Shown: positions 1 to 7,837 of the stretch, one piece after another | Position numbering within the stretch: position 1 is the stretch's first letter | Layout of the letters: every line of letters starts with the position of its first letter | Assembly: GCA_034722055.1 (NCBI GenBank) | Contig: JAYENL010000309.1 | Coordinates: 1-18,232 of the forward strand | Reading direction: 5' to 3' | DNA: 18,232 nt | DNA from: Armatimonadota bacterium | GTDB taxonomy: Bacteria; Armatimonadota; Zipacnadia; Zipacnadales; UBA5352 | Made by a program: the position numbers and the translations under genes | Notes under the pieces: generated by a model | Database searches by the model: none | What the model was told of the DNA's origin: nothing | The model's input: the letters and a program-made list of their open reading frames with translations, nothing else

Positions 1-19
1 GGCTGGAAGCCCGACCTAC
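1..19 (-). repeat. Partial GTAG-type REP-like palindrome (cut by window edge)
   Basis: The reverse complement reads GTAGGTCGGGCTTCCAGCC: a GTAG tetranucleotide followed by the start of a hairpin (GGCT-TCC-AGCC), the usual REP layout. Confidence 0.55.
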
Positions 20-54
20 GCCGCTAAGGTGGTTGCCCCGTCTCTCCTTTGCGT

Positions 55-182
55 CGTTCCGTGGCACGGACACTCCTGTCCGCGCGCCGTCCCCGTAGTC
101 CGTTCCGTGGCACGGACACTCCTGTCCGTGCGCCGTCCCCGTAGTCCGTTCCGTGGCACGGACACTCCTGTCCGTGCGCCGT
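55..182 (+). repeat. Tandem 46-bp repeat (about 2.8 copies), each with a GTGG-type REP-like hairpin
   Basis: Units lie at 55-100, 101-146 and 147-182 (partial). The core is GTG-GCACGGACA-CTCC-TGTCCGTGC, a 9-bp stem with a 4-nt loop; copy 1 has one mismatch. The array is downstream of thrC. Confidence 0.85.
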
Positions 183-252
183 TGCCGTTTGCCCAGTCGT
201 CTGGCCCGGTCGTCGCGCGGAGCGCCGCCCTTGTGTGCCGCCTGGCCGCGCC

Positions 253-1323
253 CTACTCCAGCCCCAGCATCCCCACGACCGCCTCCAGGTCATTGGGCGC
301 CCTCTCGGGCTCGGGGGCCATGGCCACCGCGCGGTCGGGGTCCTTCAGCCCGTGGCCTGTCAGCGTCGCCACAATCGTGCATTCCTTCCCGTCAAAGAAC
401 CCTTCGGCGGCCAGCTTCTTGAGCCCTGCCCAGGACGCTGCCGAGGCCGGCTCGCAGAAGATCCCCTCCTCGCCCGAGAGCTCCCGATAGGCCTGCAGGA
501 TCTCCTCATCGGTGACCGCGTGGATCTGCCCCTGGCTCTCCTGGAGGGCCGCCGACGCCTCCTGCCACCGGGCTGGGTTGCCGATGCGGATGGCGGTGGC
601 GACCGTCTCAGGACTCTCGAAGACCTCCCCGGTCACGATGGGGCACGCTCCCGCGGCCTGGAAGCCCAGCATCTGCGGCAGGCGGTCGGTGATGCCCCGC
701 TGGTGGTACTCGGTATACCCCATCCAGTAGGAGGTGATGTTCCCGGCGTTGCCCACCGGCAGGGCGTGGAAGTCCGGCGGCCCGCCCAGCCAGTCGCAGA
801 CCTCGAAGGCCGCCGTCTTCTGCCCCTCCAGCCGATAGGGGTTGAGCGAGTTCACCAGCGCCACGTTGTAGCCCTCGGAGATCTCGCGCACGAGCTGCAG
901 GCAGTCATCGAAGTCCCCGTCCACGGCGATGGTCCGGGCCCCGTAGGCCAGGGCCTGGGCCAGCTTGCCCAGCGCCACGTAGCCGTGGGGAATCAGCACC
1001 ACTGCATCGATGCCCGCCCGCGCCGAGTAGGCGGCCGCGGCCGCCGAGGTGTTGCCGGTGGAGGCGCAGATGGTGCACTTCGCGCCCTCCTCCACGGCCT
1101 TGGAGACCGCCACGGTCATCCCCCGGTCCTTGAAGGAGCAGGTGGGATTGACGCCCTCGTACTTGAAGTACAGCGACACCCCCTCACCCAGCCGGGGCGC
1201 CAGGTAGCGGCTGGGAATCAGCGGCGTGTTCCCCTCCAGCAGCGTGATGCGCGGCGTGGCGGCGCTGACGGGCAGCAGCTCCGCGTAGTGCTCGATGACG
1301 CCCGGCCACGCCAGGCCCATCAT
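253..1323 (-). CDS. thrC: Threonine synthase (PLP fold type II)
   Basis: Motifs EGNTPL, KYEGVNPTCSFKDRG (PLP lysine), CASTGNTS, PVGNAGN, EPASA and TGHGLKD. The start overlaps the hom stop (ATGA). Confidence 0.97.
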   Translation of the reverse strand: MMGLAWPGVIEHYAELLPVSAATPRITLLEGNTPLIPSRYLAPRLGEGVSLYFKYEGVNPTCSFKDRGMTVAVSKAVEEGAKCTICASTGNTSAAAAAYSARAGIDAVVLIPHGYVALGKLAQALAYGARTIAVDGDFDDCLQLVREISEGYNVALVNSLNPYRLEGQKTAAFEVCDWLGGPPDFHALPVGNAGNITSYWMGYTEYHQRGITDRLPQMLGFQAAGACPIVTGEVFESPETVATAIRIGNPARWQEASAALQESQGQIHAVTDEEILQAYRELSGEEGIFCEPASAASWAGLKKLAAEGFFDGKECTIVATLTGHGLKDPDRAVAMAPEPERAPNDLEAVVGMLGLE

Positions 1324-2609
1324 TCCACCACCCGGATGACGCTGCAGATCTCATCAACGATGCCGAGCTGACCGATGGCCCCCAGCGCCGACCGCAGATT
1401 CCGCTCCGCCCCCTCGTGCATAATCCACACGATCTCCGCCAGCCCGTCCATGGAGCCGCGCTGAACCACGGACTGGATGGACACGCCCTCCTGGCCGAAG
1501 ATGGTGGCGATGCTGCCCAGCACACCCGGCCGGTCCCTCACCCGCATACGCACGTAGGTCCGGGTCGTCACGTCCTCGATGGCCCGTAGGTCGGCCGAGC
1601 CCTGGCAGGTGCAGGGAACGCGGCTGCGACAGCCGGAGACCACGTTGCGGGCGCAGTCCAGCACATCGCCGGCCACGGCGCTACCGGTGGGCATCTCGCC
1701 GGCGCCCCGGCCGTAGAGCATGACCTGATCGCAGGCATCGCCCACCACCCAGACGGCGTTGAAGATCCCGCTGACCTGTGCCAGGGGGTGGGCCATGGGC
1801 ACCAGTGCGGGGTGCACCCGCACGTCGAGCTGCTCGCCCGCCCGGCGGGCCGTGGCCAGCAGCTTGATGGCGTAGCCCATCTCTGTGGCGTAGTCTATGT
1901 CCGTGGGGGCGATCTGCGAGATGCCCTCCGTATAGATCTCATCCACGTTCACGCGCCATCCGAAGGCGATGGCTGAGAGGATGGCGATCTTGTGCCTGGC
2001 GTCGATGCCCTCCACGTCGTCGGTGGGGTCGGCCTCGGCGTAGCCCAGGCGCTGGGCCTCGGCCAGCACGTCCTCGAAGGGAGCGCCCTCCTGGGTCATG
2101 CGCGTGAGGATGTAGTTGGTGGTGCCGTTGAGGATGCCGGTGACCTCCAGGATCCGGTTCGCCTCCAGGCTCTCCTTCAGCGAGCGGATGATGGGGATGG
2201 TGCCGCACACCGCGCCCTCGAACTCCACGTCAACGCCCCTGGCGGCGGCCGCGTCCAGGACCTCCCCACCGTGCTTGGCCATCAGCTCCTTGTTGGAGGT
2301 CACCACGCTCTTTCCGTGCTCGATGGCACCCAGCACGTACTGCAGCGCCGGCTCGATGCCCCCGATGGTCTCCACCACCACGTCGATGTCGTCCGCGGCG
2401 TAGACATCCTCGGCGGCAGTGGTCCGCAGCTCCTCGGGGACCTCCAACTCCCGCTCACGCTCCCAGTCGATGTCGGCGATGCGCGCCACGCGGACCGGCA
2501 CACCCACTCGCCGGGTGATGGACTCGGCGTTGCGGGCCAGCAGGCGATAGGTTCCGCCACCCACCACACCCAGACCCAGGATACCGACGCGGACCTCATC
2601 TACGAGCAT
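1320..2609 (-). CDS. hom: Homoserine dehydrogenase with C-terminal ACT domain
   Basis: Rossmann GLGVVG, VVTSNK, GILNGTTNYIL, GYAEADPTDDVEG and GRGAG, plus ACT motif DRPGVLG. RBS GGAAGGAG upstream. Confidence 0.97.
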   Translation of the reverse strand: MLVDEVRVGILGLGVVGGGTYRLLARNAESITRRVGVPVRVARIADIDWERERELEVPEELRTTAAEDVYAADDIDVVVETIGGIEPALQYVLGAIEHGKSVVTSNKELMAKHGGEVLDAAAARGVDVEFEGAVCGTIPIIRSLKESLEANRILEVTGILNGTTNYILTRMTQEGAPFEDVLAEAQRLGYAEADPTDDVEGIDARHKIAILSAIAFGWRVNVDEIYTEGISQIAPTDIDYATEMGYAIKLLATARRAGEQLDVRVHPALVPMAHPLAQVSGIFNAVWVVGDACDQVMLYGRGAGEMPTGSAVAGDVLDCARNVVSGCRSRVPCTCQGSADLRAIEDVTTRTYVRMRVRDRPGVLGSIATIFGQEGVSIQSVVQRGSMDGLAEIVWIMHEGAERNLRSALGAIGQLGIVDEICSVIRVVE

Positions 2610-2618
2610 GGCAGCGGC

Positions 2619-3062
2619 CTACTCCTTCCCGGACGCGGGCTGGATATACATCAGCGTCTGGTCCGCCTCGATGCGCTCCTCGTTCTCCACGACGATCCTG
2701 GCGATGATCCCGGTCACCGGTGTCCTGATCTCGTTGAACAGCTTCATGACCTCGATCAGCCCCACCACGTCCCCGGCCTCCACCTGGTCACCCTCCTCCA
2801 CGAAGGGATCGGCGTCAGGCGAGGGTTGGCGGTAGAAGATGCCCGCCATCGGTGCGGGGATCGGCACACCGCCCGCCACCACCTCCATCGCCTGCTCAGG
2901 CTGCGCCGGGGGGGCCGGAGCGTCGGCAACCGCCGGCGGCTGCCCGGTGTTCGGAGCCCGGACCCGGATGCGTACCTCCCCCTGCGCCACCTCGATCTCC
3001 TGCAGATCGCGTTTCTGCAGCAGCTCCAGCAGCCACAGGACGTCATCGTCGTGGAAGGGCAT
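2619..3062 (-). CDS. accB: Biotin carboxyl carrier protein (147 aa; start moved to ATG 3062)
   Basis: AccB-like N-terminus, Pro/Ala linker, APMAGIFYRQPSP and biotinylation motif IEVMKLFNEI. GGAGGAG RBS precedes ATG 3062. Confidence 0.88.
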   Translation of the reverse strand: MPFHDDDVLWLLELLQKRDLQEIEVAQGEVRIRVRAPNTGQPPAVADAPAPPAQPEQAMEVVAGGVPIPAPMAGIFYRQPSPDADPFVEEGDQVEAGDVVGLIEVMKLFNEIRTPVTGIIARIVVENEERIEADQTLMYIQPASGKE

Positions 3063-3207
3063 GCCTCTCCTCCGTTCCCCGCGCCTGATGTTGCTGTACA
3101 CACCCATACGCCCGGGCCACACTCACCCCTACGCGCCGAGTGTGCGCCCCGACACGCTTAGCTGGCCGCTCCGGCGGCGCATCCTGCCCCGGAGCGGCCT
3201 GATGTGC

Positions 3208-3236
3208 AAAAGCGACGGGCCGCGCGCCCGTCGCTT
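3208..3236 (-). terminator. Intrinsic terminator downstream of tRNA-Met
   Basis: 11-bp stem AAGCGACGGGC/GCCCGTCGCTT with a 5-nt loop, running into TTTT on the minus strand. Confidence 0.65.
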
Positions 3237-3287
3237 GTCCCAACAGGCGTCCGGGCACCGGCGCTCCGGACGCGAGCTCATTGTAGG

Positions 3288-3364
3288 TGGTAGCGGGGGA
3301 GGGATTCGAACCCCCGACTACACGGGTATGAACCGTGCGCTCTAACCAACTGAGCTACCCCGCC
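3288..3364 (-). tRNA. tRNA-Met (CAT), elongator type, CCA encoded
   Basis: 77 nt: GGCGGGGTAGCTCAGTTGGTTAGAGCGCACGGTTCATACCCGTGTAGTCGGGGGTTCGAATCCCTCCCCCGCTACCA. Anticodon arm CACGG-TTCATAC-CCGTG. G1-U72 pair and no GGG/CCC initiator stem. Confidence 0.95.
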
Positions 3365-3386
3365 ACCGACATCGCCTGGCCGATCG

Positions 3387-3536
3387 CTACCGCCGTCCGC
3401 CCTTCCCCTTGCCTTTGCCCTCGCCGCTCTTCTTGGCCTCGAGCTCGCGGCGCATCTTCTCGATAATCTGCTCCTCGAACTCCTTGAGGGGCTCGGCATC
3501 GATCTCTCGCAGCTTGTCGTAGTCAACCTTCAGCAT
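3387..3536 (-). CDS. Small 49-aa charged protein, absent from the ORF track (MLKVDYDKLREIDAEPLKEFEEQIIEKMRRELEAKKSGEGKGKGKGGRR)
   Basis: Hand translation from ATG 3536 to TAG 3387-3389. Purine-rich RBS GGAGGGAAGAGG, mostly G/C third positions, directly behind a strong promoter. Confidence 0.75.
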   Translation of the reverse strand: MLKVDYDKLREIDAEPLKEFEEQIIEKMRRELEAKKSGEGKGKGKGGRR

Positions 3537-3562
3537 AGACCTCTTCCCTCCGCGGGATTCGC

Positions 3563-3591
3563 ACTATACCAACCCCAGCGGCCGGAGTCAA
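3563..3591 (-). promoter_or_regulatory. Sigma70-type promoter for the small ORF and tRNA-Met
   Basis: TTGACT (3591-3586), 17-bp spacer, TATAGT (3568-3563). Confidence 0.8.
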
Positions 3592-3761
3592 GGTTCTCGA
3601 ATCGCGTGTCGCGGCAACATGATGATGTCCGTTGGGGCAAAGTAGAAGTGTCCTGCTGCTGCCAGGCATGGGGCGCAGTCATTCCTGAGACTGCTTGTCA
3701 GCCGCGCGCTCTCTGCCAACCATTCCGTAGCAGCCTCATCGCTGCGCCATCCGTCGCCATC

Positions 3762-4079
3762 TCAGGAGTATCCGTGGCCCTGTGTGTCGGCGGTAATATG
3801 CGCTCTGCGCCTCCTCAGTTCCACGTTGATCGTCAGACCCAGTGCGTGCGCCATCTGGACAACCGTCTGCATGGTCGGGTTGCCGGGGTCTGCCAGGAAG
3901 CTGCTGATGTGCTGGCGGCTCACGTCAAGACGCCGGGCCAATTCAGACTGCGAAACGCCTTCCTCTTCCATCGCGTGGCAGATCTGGTCCACGATGCGAT
4001 CGACGGTCCGGAAGAGCATGTACTCCGGATCGCCCTCAAACTCCTCATCCAGACTGACATGTGCCACCTGATCAGTCAT
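3762..4079 (-). CDS. Xre/HTH_3 antitoxin (HigA-like)
   Basis: HTH segment GVSQSELARRLDVSRQHISSFLADPGNPTMQTVVQMAHALG, acidic N-terminus, GGAGG RBS. It follows a RelE-like gene. Confidence 0.85.
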   Translation of the reverse strand: MTDQVAHVSLDEEFEGDPEYMLFRTVDRIVDQICHAMEEEGVSQSELARRLDVSRQHISSFLADPGNPTMQTVVQMAHALGLTINVELRRRRAHITADTQGHGYS

Positions 4080-4112
4080 TTCCACTCCTCCAGTCTACGC
4101 CCACGCCCTGCG

Positions 4113-4508
4113 CTAATCCCCAAACTCCTCAATATACAGGGCGCGGAGCTCCTTCGCTCGTCGCACTTCCGCGGGGGGCGCCTCATCGTGCGTCTTGAAG
4201 AACCCGTGTGTCAGCACAATGATACCCTGCCCGCCGTAGAAGAAGGGAATCCGATGTTGCCCCACCTTCAGCTCATAGACGCCATCTCCAAGGCTCCCGT
4301 AACGCTCTCGATTGCGGTGCGGACCTATCTCGGCCATGGTCATGATACGGGAGACAACCTTCTTGTGCTCTGTTTCGGAGAGCCCTTGGAGGTACTGCTG
4401 AACGAGACTGTTGCGGGCATCAGCCGGCCGCCGTATCATGCGGATCTCGAAGGCGTACTGGTGCTGGAGCCGCGTCGCTCGCTCGACTGCATAGCTCACA
4501 ATAGCCAT
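4113..4508 (-). CDS. RelE/ParE-superfamily toxin (Gp49/HigB-like)
   Basis: LGDGVYELKVGQHRIPFFY...IIVLTHGFFKT...PPAEVRRA fits the Gp49-type RelE pattern. ATG 4508 has a GAGGA RBS. Confidence 0.85.
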   Translation of the reverse strand: MAIVSYAVERATRLQHQYAFEIRMIRRPADARNSLVQQYLQGLSETEHKKVVSRIMTMAEIGPHRNRERYGSLGDGVYELKVGQHRIPFFYGGQGIIVLTHGFFKTHDEAPPAEVRRAKELRALYIEEFGD

Positions 4509-4537
4509 CTGCTCGTGTCCTCGAGAGGCGCGTGCCC

Positions 4538-4567
4538 ATGTTAAGTCATGACTTGACACTTGTCAAG
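4538..4567 (-). promoter_or_regulatory. TA promoter with overlapping palindromic operators
   Basis: TTGACA (4566-4561), 17 bp, TAACAT (4543-4538). Palindromes AAGTCATGACTT (4543-4554) and CTTGACA-CT-TGTCAAG (4552-4567). Confidence 0.75.
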
Positions 4568-4677
4568 GCTTCGGGCATGAAAGTGTGGGCCTAAGGGAGC
4601 TGTCCAGTCGCAGCGAAGTACGCATCCCTATCCGCGGCACAGATGACCGGCGGACATGAGCCCGCCGGTGCCCGCCT

Positions 4678-5163
4678 TCACCCCCGCTCCTTTCGCCGGG
4701 CGCGGGCAGCCTCGGCGGTGGCGTGGGCCGCCTCGGCCCGCTGCCGCAGGGCCGCGTTCATGGCTCGGAGGCCCTCCAGCGTCTGCTCACCCACCACGGC
4801 CGTGCCACCGGGCGCCAGCACGCCGCTGAAGGTCTCCCGCTGGGTGAAGTGGACGCGGTTGATGCCCCTGCTCTTGATGATGAAGGCGTGCTCGGCATCG
4901 AGCAGATGCCCAACCCCCAGTCGGCCGACCCACCGCAGCTCCCGCTCGGGCTCACAGACCACGATCTCCGGGCGGATCACCACCGGGGGCAGGCCGTCCG
5001 GCTTGACCGTTACGGTCAGTCGGCTGCCCTCCTCCAACTCTCCGCGGACGTCGATCAGCAGCGGATTCCAGTCTGCGTACCTCGGGAAGTCGGTAAGCTG
5101 CCACCACACCTGCGCGGGGCTGGCGAAGATCTCGATGTCCGCTTCGACGGCTCTCTCGAACAT
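4678..5163 (-). CDS. SRPBCC / polyketide cyclase-dehydrase family protein
   Basis: IEIFASPAQVWWQLTDFPRYADWNP, ELRWVGRLG, EHAFII, FTQRETFSGVL and AMNAALRQRAE. ATG 5163 is preferred over 5211. Confidence 0.9.
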   Translation of the reverse strand: MFERAVEADIEIFASPAQVWWQLTDFPRYADWNPLLIDVRGELEEGSRLTVTVKPDGLPPVVIRPEIVVCEPERELRWVGRLGVGHLLDAEHAFIIKSRGINRVHFTQRETFSGVLAPGGTAVVGEQTLEGLRAMNAALRQRAEAAHATAEAARARRKERG

Positions 5164-5200
5164 CCCACGACCTCTGACGACGCCTCTGCGCTCCCCTGAT

Positions 5201-5230
5201 ACTATAGCCATCTGAGCCCGCTCCAGTCAA
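5201..5230 (-). promoter_or_regulatory. Sigma70-type promoter for the SRPBCC gene
   Basis: TTGACT (5230-5225), 18 bp, TATAGT (5206-5201). Confidence 0.65.
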
Positions 5231-5340
5231 ACCGTGCTGCTATGGTGCGGGCCAAAAATAGAGTGCAGCTTGAGTTAATACGCGAAATAGTCAATAATTG
5301 AGGCGATGTCCAGGCGTCATCGCCCCCCGGGAGGTCGAAG

Positions 5341-6450
5341 ATGACCGTTCGCAGGAACGCACTCACAGGGCTGGCGGTCGTCGTCGCGACGACGACGCTC
5401 CCCGCGTCAGCCCACACCATGGACAGAGTCGCCTTCGAGCAGCTCCCACACCAGTGGGCTCGGCTCCTCCCCTCGGCGAGCCAGATCAGCGGCTCGCAGG
5501 TCTTCCCCGTCGTCAAGCCGCCACCGGACGGCGGGGAGCTCCTCTTTGCCCTGCCAGGGCGGACGGTCATTGAGCCCCAGGATCCCTGGGTCGATCAGTC
5601 GGATGCCGCCACGGGCATCCAGGAGGTCTCACGCACGTATAGCATCCGGGAGATGGCTCTGTGGACGGGCTCGGACCGGGAGCTTCGACTGTGGCGGGCG
5701 AGGCTCGATGTGACCATCACGCGTATGTTCTCCGAGCCGCAGGCCCGTCAGCGCTACGCCGAGGCATTCGACGCCAGCCGGGGCTCGCCGGTGTCGGTGG
5801 GAGCGGAGGGGCACACGTGGACGCCACCGGTCGCGGACGAGTACCGGGTGACGGCGCGCGTGGGGCGCTTCATCCTCAACGTCGGCGTCTCCCTGCAACG
5901 AGATCTGTATAGGGAGGCCGCCCGCCGGCCCATGCAGGACCTGATGCTGGAGGTGGCCCGGGACGTCGCCAACCGACTCGCGACCGGCCCCACGCCCGGC
6001 GGGGGTCAGACCAGAGCACGGCAGACGGCCGCTGGGGCCGGCACCGACCTGGCCACCGGCGGTCAGACCGCAGTCGCCCCCATCGGCGGCACGCGCTTCC
6101 AGCCCCAGCCGCTATCGGAGGACAGCGCCATCAGGAAGGCCGTCATCTGCCTCGGCTTCGATGAGCGCAGCCAACTGACGGGCGCGCAGGAGACCTTCCC
6201 GGCCGGCACCGAGAAGGTGGCGCTCTACCTGGAGATCGAGGGGGCGCGACCCAACTCCGAGATCCAGGGCACGTGGTACCGCCAGAACCAGATCATCGGC
6301 CGCCAGCTCCTGATCGTCTCCGGCGACCGCAAGAGCATCTCCTACGTCTACGCCGGGGACAGGACCGCCCTGTGGCCCGGGCCCTATGTGGTGGAGCTTC
6401 GCGAAAACGGCACACTCGTCGCCCGGCTGACCTTCCGCATCCAGGAGTGA
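5341..6450 (+). CDS. Secreted hypothetical protein with a C-terminal beta-sandwich-like domain
   Basis: GGAGG RBS; signal peptide MTVRRNALTGLAVVVATTTLPASA; Gly/Thr/Ala linker; C-terminus ...TFPAGTEKVALYLEI...WPGPYVVELRENGTLVARLTFRI; strong GC3 bias. Confidence 0.8.
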   Translation: MTVRRNALTGLAVVVATTTLPASAHTMDRVAFEQLPHQWARLLPSASQISGSQVFPVVKPPPDGGELLFALPGRTVIEPQDPWVDQSDAATGIQEVSRTYSIREMALWTGSDRELRLWRARLDVTITRMFSEPQARQRYAEAFDASRGSPVSVGAEGHTWTPPVADEYRVTARVGRFILNVGVSLQRDLYREAARRPMQDLMLEVARDVANRLATGPTPGGGQTRARQTAAGAGTDLATGGQTAVAPIGGTRFQPQPLSEDSAIRKAVICLGFDERSQLTGAQETFPAGTEKVALYLEIEGARPNSEIQGTWYRQNQIIGRQLLIVSGDRKSISYVYAGDRTALWPGPYVVELRENGTLVARLTFRIQE

Positions 6451-6496
6451 TCGACGCCGGGGCGTCACCGCCTCGCCATCCTTCGCCTGGCAGGGC

Positions 6497-7135
6497 TCAG
6501 GACCCTGAGTCCTCGCCGGGTGGAGTGCACCACACCGGCGGATGCCAGCCCCTGGGCTTCTGGCCCCAGTGCGCCTTCGGCGGAACGCGATGCAGCGGCA
6601 CGTAGATGGTCTCGCTGTAGCCGATCTCCCGGCACATGTAATGCGCGCCCTCCATACAGACATCGAAGCGGTGCGGGCCCTGGATGGCCCCTCCGGTGTC
6701 CTCGACGATCAGCACCTCGTTTACGGGCGCGCCTATCCAGATGACGCTCCCCGGACCCCAGTAGTCGGGGTCCGCGGCGCAGATCCCGCGCCTCACCGGC
6801 GACCCCCAGCGGGTGTAGCGGCCCCCGCCGTCGCAGCACTTTGAGCAGTAGGCGGTGATCATGCACTGCTGGGGCTCCTTGCGCAGGCCATTCACCACCA
6901 TGGGCAGCTTCCAGTCCGGCTGCTTCCCCCGCTCGCCGGCCAGCACCGACCTCACGACCGGCTTCAGCGGGTGGTCCGCGACCTCCTTTTCCTCCGGCCA
7001 GGGAAGCCACGAGTGCCTCGCAGCCAGCCGGCCGATGTCGGCGAGCTCGGCGACCGCGGGCATCGTCATCATCGCGATCGCTACCGCGGCCAGAATCCCC
7101 CATATCCTCACGTCAATTGGGTACGGCACCTTCAT
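6497..7135 (-). CDS. Membrane-anchored 3D-domain (Asp-Asp-Asp) peptidoglycan-lytic protein
   Basis: ITAYC...TRWG...ICAADP...GSVIWI...VEDTGGAIQG...RFDVC contains the three Asp motifs. N-terminal hydrophobic helix. Confidence 0.88.
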   Translation of the reverse strand: MKVPYPIDVRIWGILAAVAIAMMTMPAVAELADIGRLAARHSWLPWPEEKEVADHPLKPVVRSVLAGERGKQPDWKLPMVVNGLRKEPQQCMITAYCSKCCDGGGRYTRWGSPVRRGICAADPDYWGPGSVIWIGAPVNEVLIVEDTGGAIQGPHRFDVCMEGAHYMCREIGYSETIYVPLHRVPPKAHWGQKPRGWHPPVWCTPPGEDSGS

Positions 7136-7157
7136 CAAACCACTCGCTTCAGAGTCA

Positions 7158-7274
7158 CCGGCCGCGCGCCGTTGTGTGCATCTGCGGCGCGCGGCCGGCA
7201 GTTATCCACGGCAGACTCACAGGTTTGTCCACACGCAGGGCCGCACCCTAACACAATCCGGGGGGCCAATGCAA
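7158..7274 (-). promoter_or_regulatory. Putative promoter, DnaA-box-like sites and 14-bp hairpin in the leader of the 3D gene
   Basis: TTGCAT (7274-7269), 18 bp, TAGGGT (7250-7245) with a TGn extension. Boxes TTATCCACG (7202-7210) and TTGTCCACA (7225-7233). Perfect stem 7158-7171/7185-7198. Confidence 0.5.
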
Positions 7275-7358
7275 GGCGGGCGGTCCAAGGACTCAACATG
7301 ACACGGCATTCCGTGCTCCCCATGCACCATCCAAGCCGCCCTATGCCCTCCTGCCCCG

Positions 7359-7615
7359 GAGCCTATCCCAACAGTCCGCCGGCGCGGAAGAAGTTCCGGA
7401 CACAGGCCGAATGCAGCATCGCCAGGTGGTCTTCAGCCTCTCTTCTGGAGACCTGTAGTCTCAAGCGGATGGGGAGTCGCGGAAACCGATCGGACCACGG
7501 ATCCGTCCGCTCAGCGCCCCACCGTCGCGCCCGATAGCCCGCCACCTTCTGCGTGGCTTCCGGGTCAGGCTGTAGAACGTGCGGCGGTAGTCGGTCCAGG
7601 CCGCCAGTGGGCGCG
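7359..7615 (-). pseudogene. Degenerate 3' end of an IS5-family transposase with terminal IR
   Basis: Frame reads GYRARRWGAERTDPWSDRFPRLPIR...EDHLAMLHSACVRNFFRAGGLLG*, matching the IS5/IS427-type C-terminus RWVVERTxxWxxRFRRLxIRWE...YLAMLHLAC. The stop lies within an IR-like GAGCCTATCCCAACAG (7359-7374). Confidence 0.75.
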
Positions 7616-7837
7616 GTCCGTGGCGATGAGGTGAAGATCGCGCTGGCGCAGGAGGACGAGCCGGTCCGTAGGACCGTGGTGGCGGGGGCAGGCGAGCCGA
7701 TAGCGCGCACGGCGCAGGTGTGCGATGATCTCGAACCGGGTATATCGTGCGTGCATGTGAAGGCCGCAGATGCCGCGGAAACTGGAGCGACGTCACGTAG
7801 CGTGCCACGGTCCAGCAATGACGGAGGAGGTACTGCG

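Noticed and set aside
55..182. CRISPR array
   Set aside because: The sequences between hairpins are identical (no unique spacers) and no cas genes are present.
235..3161. Long plus-strand ORFs (235-1371, 1992-3161)
   Set aside because: Antisense shadows of thrC, hom and accB caused by GC3 bias; no recognisable motifs.
3288..3364. tRNA-Met as an integration site, or as initiator or Ile2 tRNA
   Set aside because: No duplicated tRNA 3' end was seen in the window. It lacks the initiator C1:A72 mismatch and GGG/CCC stem, and overall resembles elongator Met.
3588..3764. Read-through extension of the antitoxin past its TGA
   Set aside because: An open stretch of about 57 codons is common at this GC content; no motif or SECIS-like support.
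3606..4544. 312-aa plus-strand ORF
   Set aside because: It is antisense to the well-supported TA pair and is not protein-like.
7140..7360. c-di-AMP (ydaO) riboswitch upstream of the 3D gene
   Set aside because: The expected conserved segments (GCTGAATCC, GGAACC, GGGGxxAA, CAGCTAAC) were not found on the minus strand.
7553..7837. N-terminal 95 aa of the 844-aa ORF
   Set aside because: The RBS and signal peptide begin at ATG 7838, and the extension overlaps the IS5 relic.
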